This document shows positions 9,350 to 16,519 of a stretch of 64,000 nt of DNA, one piece after another. The notes below the pieces were generated by a model. The model was not told the DNA's origin. It ran no database searches and saw only the letters and a program-made list of their open reading frames with translations. How positions within the stretch are numbered: position 1 is the stretch's first letter; every line of letters starts with the position of its first letter. Origin of the DNA: Acidocella sp. (GTDB taxonomy: Bacteria; Pseudomonadota; Alphaproteobacteria; Acetobacterales; Acetobacteraceae); NCBI GenBank assembly GCA_026224875.1, contig JAMFRU010000089.1:50259-114258 (forward strand), written 5' to 3'. The translations under genes and the position numbers were made by a program.

Positions 9350-9843
9350 GAATGTCCGAAACCACGGCTGGCGGAATGGAAGCCCGGGGCGAGGCCCATT
9401 ATGATGAGGAAGGGGGGCTGCATGGCTGGTGTTGGGATCCTGGTGACCCGACAGCCAGAATGATGGTCGAACTCACCCTCGATGGCGTCGTCATTCGTAG
9501 TGTCGCGGCATCACGATTTCGAGAGGATTTGCGTGAGCGTGGTATAGGCGATGGTTACCATTCATTTACGGTCATATTGCCGGCCGCCATTCGCGCCGAG
9601 AACGGAGCCGCGCATGTCGCTGCCCGCGTCGCCAGGACAGGGAAAGTGTTCTGGCAGGCCAACGCACTCAAGCTCAAAATCGACGACAACATTGCAGCCG
9701 GCCTGACAAAGGCGGGAGAGCAGCTGCAGAAACTTTCCGCGGGCTGGGGTCGCCGGGTGCCCGATGGCCAAACGGTCTCCATTGCCCGGGAACTAAAAAT
9801 GTTAGCGGCCCGCTTACGTGAAAAAGCGGCTCTCGCGCGCTAA
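9346..9843 (+). CDS. Hypothetical protein sharing the N-terminal module of the 4988-6268 glycosyltransferase
   Basis: A gapless 59-aa alignment by eye gives about 24 identities (EEG..GW.W.P..P.R..VE...D..V.S......RED....G.GDG...F...LP). Confidence 0.55.
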   Translation: MRMSETTAGGMEARGEAHYDEEGGLHGWCWDPGDPTARMMVELTLDGVVIRSVAASRFREDLRERGIGDGYHSFTVILPAAIRAENGAAHVAARVARTGKVFWQANALKLKIDDNIAAGLTKAGEQLQKLSAGWGRRVPDGQTVSIARELKMLAARLREKAALAR

Positions 9844-9879
9844 CGGGCCGTTGAAGAAGTCCCTGCGGGGCAGCGCTAA

Positions 9880-10325
9880 TTGAGATTCCTTATGGAATCC
9901 GTTCGGAATGGTAATCGATGGCGCGGATTGAGTTTGATCTTCTGCTCTGCTGGTTGTCGAACGGCGTGCAAAAGAGGCTCTGCCTCGCATTTGGTGCAGC
10001 GTGGGTGTTGAGCGTGGGTGTTGATGGATGAATCCGCCTGCTGAACCGGTCCACCACCGCAGCCAGATGCACAAAACCACGCGCCAGCGGGACGTAGGTA
10101 ATGTCCATGGCTCACACCTGGTTCGGCCGGCCGATCAACATGCTGTGCAAAAGATATGGGTAAACGCGGCCGTTGGTTTGCAACGTAGTCCTAAAGTAAC
10201 GCCGCAATTATGCGAAGGCCGTCGATGGCAGATGAAGCGGCTCACCACCGCGTGCGTGGTGCCGCGAATGTTTCCCGATGCGTCTCTCGCAGTGGTGGAT
10301 CGCGGAGCACGCGGCTGAATTCTAT
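9880..10325 (-). mobile_element. Degenerate IS3-family transposase (OrfB) remnant
   Basis: The reverse strand reads VYPYLLHSMLIGRPNQV(TGA)AMDITYVPLARGFVHLAAVVDRFSRR, matching the IS3-family core (YPYLLR..PNQVW..DITYI...F.YL..V.D..SRR). TGA replaces the Trp codon. Flanking parts are recognisable only across frameshifts, and a 13-bp tandem duplication lies inside. Confidence 0.7.
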
Positions 10326-10539
10326 CGCCTCGCAGGCGCCGGAGCGGTAAAAAACAGATGCGGTAAAACAGATCCGGCAGCAGCACTTGCCGTCTCTCCA
10401 AATTATGATACTATAGAGGATATTTTTTCGTCACGAGGCGCCGTTTGTGTCAAATCATGGCGATGCTGGAGACTGCCGGGGTCGAAGGTAACGAAGAAGC
10501 GATTTGCTGCACGGATCGGCCGGCGTGTAAGGGGCAGGT

Positions 10540-11187
10540 ATGGACGCGCAGGCACATGCTCAGACACGGCGGTCACGGGGGCGGCCTCGTAACGACAAGG
10601 TCGAGCTGATCGAGAGCGAGGTTCTCGCCGGCGCCCTGAAAGAGTTTTTGCGCCATGGCTATGGCGGCACGTCCATGACGCAAATCGTCAAGTCCTTAGG
10701 CATTTCCAAAACGACGCTGTACTCGCGTTATCCCTCCAAAGCCCAGCTTTTTAAGGCGATTATCTCTCAACAGATTACAGGCCTGTCCGTGGACACGGTG
10801 TTGCACAGCGATGTAGCACAGCTGACCCTGGAGGCTGGTTTGCTGGCCTACGCCATACGGACGTTGGCAATCAGCTTTGAAGGTGACCTCCTGCAGGTTA
10901 ACCGATTGATTTACAGTGAGTCTTATCGCTTTCCCGAACTGGGCTTTGCCGCCGCGGAGCGTGCGGAGGTCGGCATTCGGCAGATTGCCGGCTTCATTGC
11001 CGAATGCGCGGTGAGGGACGGTATTGCCTGCCGTGATCCATCCGGGATTGCCGCTGCATTTATTTTCATGCTTCGGGGTTGGTATTTGAACGGGATGCTG
11101 ACCAATGAACCGGTCAGCAAAGCAACGATCAAGCGATTTGCCGGCCAGGCCGTTCGCGCTCTGCTCTCAAGCAGGGTGGAATGGTAA
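10540..11187 (+). CDS. TetR/AcrR family transcriptional regulator
   Basis: N-terminal HTH: FLRHGYGGTSMTQIVKSLGISKTTLYSRYPSKAQLF. Confidence 0.85.
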   Translation: MDAQAHAQTRRSRGRPRNDKVELIESEVLAGALKEFLRHGYGGTSMTQIVKSLGISKTTLYSRYPSKAQLFKAIISQQITGLSVDTVLHSDVAQLTLEAGLLAYAIRTLAISFEGDLLQVNRLIYSESYRFPELGFAAAERAEVGIRQIAGFIAECAVRDGIACRDPSGIAAAFIFMLRGWYLNGMLTNEPVSKATIKRFAGQAVRALLSSRVEW

Positions 11188-11419
11188 TGGACGCCTCCGC
11201 GCTCGCATAATTTTTTCCGGGCTGCTCTGCTCTGTGCTCGTAAACCGGCGAAGTGCCGGGAGCGAGTCCGCATTTGCCGTACGCATAGGCAACCCAGCCA
11301 TATCGCCAACTTCGCCGATTGACTCGCGGGGGTCTTTGCGTAAAATTAGGACAACCAAGTATCAATTAAAAATTTGCGCGGCCTGATTATGAGGGCTGAC
11401 GTAGTTTGGTGGAAGCGAG

Positions 11420-13105
11420 ATGATAAAGAACCTGCCCGAAAAATGGGACCTGGAAGTCGATCTGGTGTCCGTTGGCTCGGGGGCAGGCGGTCTCGCCGCG
11501 GCGATTACCGCGCAGGATCATGGGCTTTCCGCGGTTGTGCTGGAACGCTCCGCTGAAGTCGGTGGGGTTACAGCCTATTCGATGGGTGAGGTGTGGATTC
11601 CCGGGAACCATCTCGCAGCTGCGTTGAAGATCGAAGATTCGCCGGATAGTGGTTTTCGCTATGTGCAATCGCTGTCAATGGGCTATGGCGACGAGCGGGC
11701 GATGCGCAACCAGGCGATCCACGGGCCGGTTGCGCTCAAATATTTTGAAGCCAGGATCGGCCTGAAAATGCAGGTCATCCGGGATTTCCCCGATTATTAT
11801 TACCCCCATAACAACGACAGCGTTGCCGAAGGGCGGTATTTGGAAGTCGCGCCGTTTCAGGCTGATACGCTTGGCGAATGGCAGGATAAGACGCGCCTTA
11901 CACCGCATCTGCCCGCCGGTTTTACCCATGAGGATATTTTCCACGGCGGCGGTCTCGCCAACATCCTTGGCTGGGATTACGGGCTTTTGGCCGAGCGCAT
12001 CACCAAGGACATGAGATGCCTTGGGCCAGGGCTTGCTGCCTATTTCGTGAAGGGCGCGCTTGAACGCGGCATTCCGCTTTATATTGATACCAGTGCGGAA
12101 GAGTTGATCGGGGATGGTGAGCGGATCATCGGCGTTCGTGCGACGCGCGACGGCAAGGATATCTTCATAAAAGCCAACCGTGGCGTCGTGCTTGCGGTCA
12201 GCGGCTATGAGCGTAATCCGGAACTCGCGAAGAATTTGAGCAATCTGCTGGAGCCGGTTTCGATGGTGTTCGGCACGGTCGATGGTGCGCATTTCCGGCT
12301 TGCCGGACCATTTGGCGCCAAGCTTGCGCGCATGCCGGATCCGCCTAATCTAGGCATCCATATGCCGGGCGAAGAGCATGACAATGGCACACCATTATGG
12401 CGCGGCTCGCTGCCGTTTCTGGGGCTGCCGCACACGATTGTCGTGAACCGTGCGGGCAAGCGCTTCTCCAACGAGGCGTTTTATCGGTCGGTCTATTTCG
12501 CCGTGGATATAGTCGATGGCGCGACGCAGACGCATCCGAATTTTCCGTGCTGGATGGTGTTCGATCATCAGGCGCGGACGAAATACCCTTGCGGCGGGGC
12601 CATGCCGGGGCAGGACCTGCCGGACGGGTTTGCAGCTATCGCCGATACGATTGCTGAGCTTGCGGCGAAAATGGGAGTGGACGCTGAGGGGCTGCAAAAG
12701 ACCGTCGAGGTTTTCAATACCTATGCCGAAGCCGGTGAAGATCCCGCGTTCAAGCGCGGCACCTTTCCCTGGGGGGCGGTAATGACGGGTGATTTGAAGC
12801 ACAAGCCCAACCCCAACCTCGGCACGCTGCGGCAAGGCCCATATTACGCTGTAGAGCTCAAACGCATGGGCGGCGGCGGTATCACCGGCACGGGTCTGCT
12901 GGCCGATATCCATTGCCGGGTGATCGGCTGGAACGACAGGCCGATTGACGGGCTCTATGTCGCCGGCAATTCCATGGCGCGGAGCGATACCGGGGCTCTC
13001 ATGCAGAGCGGCATTTCCAACGCGCGCGGGATGACCCATGGCTATCTCGCCGGCCGCCATGCCGCCGGGCGCCCAAGCGATCTGCTCGACGGCGGGGAAG
13101 CATGA
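11420..13105 (+). CDS. FAD-dependent oxidoreductase, 3-ketosteroid-1-dehydrogenase (KstD)-like / FAD_binding_2 family
   Basis: DLVSVGSGAGGLAAAITAQDHGLSAVVLERSAEVGGVTAYSMGEVWIPGN forms a Rossmann dinucleotide motif. The C-terminal LYVAGNSM motif is typical of this family. Confidence 0.8.
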   Translation: MIKNLPEKWDLEVDLVSVGSGAGGLAAAITAQDHGLSAVVLERSAEVGGVTAYSMGEVWIPGNHLAAALKIEDSPDSGFRYVQSLSMGYGDERAMRNQAIHGPVALKYFEARIGLKMQVIRDFPDYYYPHNNDSVAEGRYLEVAPFQADTLGEWQDKTRLTPHLPAGFTHEDIFHGGGLANILGWDYGLLAERITKDMRCLGPGLAAYFVKGALERGIPLYIDTSAEELIGDGERIIGVRATRDGKDIFIKANRGVVLAVSGYERNPELAKNLSNLLEPVSMVFGTVDGAHFRLAGPFGAKLARMPDPPNLGIHMPGEEHDNGTPLWRGSLPFLGLPHTIVVNRAGKRFSNEAFYRSVYFAVDIVDGATQTHPNFPCWMVFDHQARTKYPCGGAMPGQDLPDGFAAIADTIAELAAKMGVDAEGLQKTVEVFNTYAEAGEDPAFKRGTFPWGAVMTGDLKHKPNPNLGTLRQGPYYAVELKRMGGGGITGTGLLADIHCRVIGWNDRPIDGLYVAGNSMARSDTGALMQSGISNARGMTHGYLAGRHAAGRPSDLLDGGEA

Positions 13106-13644
13106 TCGAGACCGAACAGGGTGTCGCGATCGATGCGCCGATAGATCGGGTGTGGGATTTTGCGCAGGATATTCGCAAATGGGCCGAGCTTATGCCGGGC
13201 CTGCAGAATTGCGATGTCATCGACAACGATAACTCACGCTGGACGCTAAAGGTGGGCGCCGGTGCGCTGGTGCGGACCGTGAAGGTGAAGGTGAACGCGC
13301 ACCGCTGGGCCGGGCCTGAAGAGGTTGATTTCACCTATGCGCTTGAGGGTGATCCGGTGAAGGGCGGGGGCACCTACCGGGCGGTTTCTTCCGGGCCAAG
13401 CCGAACCCAGCTCAATCTCGCGATACGGGTGGAAGGCACCGGGCCAATGGCGCCGATGTGGGAGGCAATGGGGCGCCCGTTGCTGCCGAAATTCGCGCGC
13501 GGCTTTGCCGATCAGTTCAAGGCGCAGGTGGAACAGTTGGCTGGTGTTGCACCGGCGGCAAATGAACCGCGGCGTTCGATGTTTTCCCGGCTCAAGGAAT
13601 GGATTCGCAGATTGTTGAGCCGCACAGCGGATGCGGGACGTTGA
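13102..13644 (+). CDS. SRPBCC (CoxG/polyketide cyclase-like) ligand-binding protein
   Basis: GVAIDAPIDRVWDFAQDIRKWAELMPGLQNCDV is a typical N-terminus for this fold. The start overlaps the upstream stop (ATGA). Confidence 0.7.
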   Translation: MIETEQGVAIDAPIDRVWDFAQDIRKWAELMPGLQNCDVIDNDNSRWTLKVGAGALVRTVKVKVNAHRWAGPEEVDFTYALEGDPVKGGGTYRAVSSGPSRTQLNLAIRVEGTGPMAPMWEAMGRPLLPKFARGFADQFKAQVEQLAGVAPAANEPRRSMFSRLKEWIRRLLSRTADAGR

Positions 13645-13657
13645 GGGGGAAGAAAAA

Positions 13658-14092
13658 ATGAGTGAACAGAACAAGAAGACCGCCATCAAATTCATCGAGG
13701 CATTCAGCGACGGTGATGCCGAGACCGCCAAAACCTGTTTGTCACCGAAGGCGGTTACGGTCGCCAAGGGGTTTGGCAAGCTCTCGGGCCCGCGTCCGTA
13801 TGAGTTGATCGTGACCACGACGGCGGCGTTCAAGGACGTTATTCCGACCGGCTTGCGTCCGAAATTTCTCACCGTTACGGCGGAAGGCGAGCGTGTGGTT
13901 GTGGAATTCGAGGGCAATGCGGTGCTCGCGAATGGCAAGGAGTATTGCAACCAATACTGCATGGTGTTCACGTTCGAGAACGGGTTGATCACGCTGGTGA
14001 ATGAATATTATTGCACCATCCTCGCCGACGACAGGATACTGCCGCTCCTCGCGGATGTGGAAAAACAACGCGAAGCCGCTGGTGCCAAATAA
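13658..14092 (+). CDS. SnoaL/NTF2-like (ketosteroid isomerase-fold) protein
   Basis: MSEQNKKTAIKFIEAFSDGDAETAKTCLSP ... CMVFTFENGLITLVNEYY. The RBS GAGGGGGA precedes the ATG at 13658. Confidence 0.7.
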   Translation: MSEQNKKTAIKFIEAFSDGDAETAKTCLSPKAVTVAKGFGKLSGPRPYELIVTTTAAFKDVIPTGLRPKFLTVTAEGERVVVEFEGNAVLANGKEYCNQYCMVFTFENGLITLVNEYYCTILADDRILPLLADVEKQREAAGAK

Positions 14093-14200
14093 ATCAGGGC
14101 CGGCGGGCGCATCGGGAGAATTCTGCTGGTTAAAAAACTGCGCTGGTTACGGGCGCCGCAGTGGATTTGGCGTAAAAGGCGGTATTGATGGCAGGCTCTC

Positions 14201-14626
14201 TCAGAGCCGGTAAAGCCGTGCTGCTGTATTGCCCAAAATCATGCGCGACTCCGGCTCGGAACATGCATCGATAATTTCGCTGGCCGAGGCAGCGGTATAG
14301 CCAAACGTACCTTCACCATGCGGGTAGTCCTGCGCCCACATCACCCGGTCCGCGCCGATATCGCTAAGTAGTTTCAGCCCGATCTGGTCGGTTTGAAAGG
14401 TCGCGTACATGTGTTGCGACCAATAATGGCCGGGCCGGTGTTTGGGCACAATGCCGTATATTTCGCGGTGCGCGCCAAAGGTAAGCTCGGCGTCCTGCAC
14501 GGCGCCGGCCACCCAGTTCATGCCACCTTCGGCGAAGACGATCCGCGGATGCGGATGCCGGTCGAGAATGCCGCCGAAAACCAGATTGCCGAAGACACGG
14601 CGAAACGGTGCCGCCTGACTATCTCA
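14201..14626 (-). pseudogene. C-terminal fragment (about 141 codons) of an amidohydrolase_2 (ACMSD-like) gene
   Basis: NLVFGGILDRHPHPRIVFAEGGMNWVAG ... VMWAQDYPHGEG ... ILGNTAARLYRL. The frame is closed by a TGA just upstream of about 14626 and no N-terminal half is present. Confidence 0.65.
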
Positions 14627-14790
14627 CCTTCATCGCGCGCAAGGGCGATATGATCAAAACCCGTGCCGCCAATGTATCGCGCCTGGAGGTGGAAGCCGCC
14701 CTTAATGCCCTGGCGGATGTAAAACTGGCCGTGGTCACCGGCCTGCCGGATGAGATGTTTGGTGAGATTGTAGCCGCCGCTGGATTTCAG
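14608..14790 (+). pseudogene. C-terminal fragment of an AMP-dependent acyl-CoA synthetase/ligase
   Basis: DYLTFIARKGDMIKTRAANVSRLEVEAALNALADVKLAVVTGLPDEMFGEIVAA matches the conserved C-terminal subdomain. The rest of the enzyme is absent. Confidence 0.6.
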
Positions 14791-15054
14791 TATCAGTTGA
14801 ATCTGGTGCCGCATGCAATGGAATGTGCCGGTCAGATCCATCAGCAACACGCGCTGCCAATTCTCCAGCGTGCATTCCGCCGTCATCCGCCCATGCTCGC
14901 AATCTATCCCCGCGGCGTTGAAGGCGGCATCGAGCCGGCCGAATTTTGCCGCGGTCTGCTCGACGGCCTGGCGCACACTGTCATCATCCGTCACGTCGCA
15001 GGCGATGAATAGAGCTTCACCCTGCTGGAGCAGTTCCTGCGCCGCTTCGCGCCC
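14773..15054 (-). pseudogene. Internal fragment of a short-chain dehydrogenase/reductase (SDR)
   Basis: ALFIACDVTDDDSVRQAVEQTAAKFGRLDAAFNAAGI...WQRVLLMDLTGTFHC is the central SDR region. Both the N-terminal TGxxxGxG motif and the YxxxK catalytic region are missing. Confidence 0.6.
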
Positions 15055-15207
15055 GCTACCGGGCTCCGCCCATCCCAGCTCCAACAGGCATTTCGGATAG
15101 ATCAGACTGGGCACCCAAAAGGTTCCGGCCTTTGCCATGGCGTCGATAACCTCTTCGTCGATCTCATCGCCATGGTCGCTGATGTCCACACCAAGTTCGT
15201 CGATCAT
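15055..15207 (-). pseudogene. Possible fragment of a metal-dependent hydrolase
   Basis: GVDISDHGDEIDEEVIDAMAKAGTFWVPSL shows weak resemblance only. It is read in the same frame as the SDR fragment, forming a chimeric 229-aa ORF. Confidence 0.3.
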
Positions 15208-15275
15208 TCCCGCCGCCGCATACGGGTCCGCCGGATTGGGGTTTGCCGTTAGGCAAATATATTGGAAATATTCCG

Positions 15276-15568
15276 TTACCGCTTCGGTAATGGCAAGTCA
15301 CGCGGCCCGACCAGATTACAGATGGTCTGCACGGCATGGCCCGAGGCTTCCGCGATGCGCCGTACGGTTATGCCGTCGTAGCCTTCATCAATCAGCAGGC
15401 GGCGGATGGCCGCCAGGATCATCGAGCGCCGATGGCGCGATTCTGCCCTGCCGCCTCGGCCTTGGCCAAATGCCCTGCGGGGCGCGGAATGGGCAGGGCC
15501 GGGTCGAAAACAACCATCGGCGCTGCCGCGATAGGTGCTCTTACCGCCATGGTGTTCGTGGTCAGCAT
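15276..15568 (-). pseudogene. Frameshifted, truncated TetR-family regulator (N-terminal HTH only)
   Basis: ATG 15568 has an AGGAG RBS and the frame stops at 15419. The next frame continues ILAAIRRLLIDEGYDGITVRRIAEASGHAVQTICNLVGPR (a TetR HTH) and stops at 15276. No ligand-binding domain is present. Confidence 0.55.
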
Positions 15569-16037
15569 CTGACTCTCACTCCTCTCCCTCGATCTTACGA
15601 TTTGATCTTTTTTTCGCTCGAGTGGCGTCTTGGGCGTGTTGATGCACCTGAACCTAGCACGATATGCACATTCCCGCACCTTGGAACACCGCCCCGTTCT
15701 GTTCCAGGATATTCATTGGTCATCTTCAAGCCACGACTCTAGGCTTTGCTGTCTCTGCCCAGTCGCGGTGATGCAAAGCGGGCGGTGCAAAACGGGAGAG
15801 GCATATGAGCAAGAGCGGCCCTGGCCGGCTGGCTGGAAGCCATGCTGCCCTTGGTCAAAACGGACGGCAATGAGCTGGGCGTTGACAGCGCCACATTCGA
15901 AAAAGAGCTGGCTGCCGCAGTGAAGGATAATGACAGCCTGTACCCCCCCGAATGGCGGCTCAGTTACAAAGGACGCGCTCAGAACGCGTAACCCTCCTCG
16001 TTTGGACTTTTCTTGGTTTGGCCGCCCAGCCGGCTAT

Positions 16038-16077
16038 AAACAACCGGCTAAACAACCGGCTGAACAAAAATGTTCAG
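16038..16077. repeat. Two perfect tandem 12-mers (AAACAACCGGCT) abutting the palindrome CTGAACA-N4-TGTTCAG
   Basis: Read directly from the sequence. It lies about 450 bp upstream of the DUF1302 gene in an 800-bp non-coding stretch. Confidence 0.6.
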
Positions 16078-16519
16078 GACAGCGGCTTACACTGTGTACA
16101 TGCCCCGGCATGAGCTGGTTTAAAGCCCTTAAACGAGCGGCAGATACTGCATTTACAGTCAAATAGCGTTGGCGCGAATGGCGGTTGTTTTGTGTTTACA
16201 GAGCCGATATTTATGATACCATGGAGTCCAATAACGACGCTGAGCAAATCATCGGTACTTTGTCCAGGATGCAGAGGAAGACCCGCGCTGATAAATAGCA
16301 TGATAGAAGAGACGTAATAAAAGAAACGGGGAGAGGCTCAGTATAACTTAGAGCAATGGTTTCGAAGAAAACCTGCGTTGAAGTTGATGATGTTTCTGGG
16401 GGATTGGCCTTGCGCTGCAAGGGCTCACTGAGGGTGTGCGCTTTATTGTAGAGTGGAACGGCCAATATTGAAACCGATATCTGCGCCAAAAAACGACCAA
16501 AAAACGGGGCGATACAACA

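Noticed and set aside
14518-15207. The 229-aa ORF that looks like a single gene.
   Set aside because: It reads through three unrelated pieces: a hydrolase-like fragment, the middle of an SDR, and the antisense of an acyl-CoA ligase fragment. It then runs out of frame into the amidohydrolase remnant. I treat it as a chimeric artefact of gene decay, not a functional fusion.
15797-15990. A frame reading ...WLEAMLPLVKTDGNELGVDSATFEKELAAAVKDNDSLYPPEWRLSYKGRAQNA that looks protein-like.
   Set aside because: The longest Met-initiated version is about 49 codons with no RBS, and I recognise no family. It may be one more gene fragment, but I cannot support a call.
16060-16077. The palindrome CTGAACAAAAATGTTCAG as a LexA/SOS box.
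   Set aside because: The GAAC-N6-GTTC spacing fits neither the GAAC-N4-GTTC (Cheo) box, nor the CTGT-N8-ACAG consensus, nor the alphaproteobacterial GTTC-N7-GTTC direct-repeat type.
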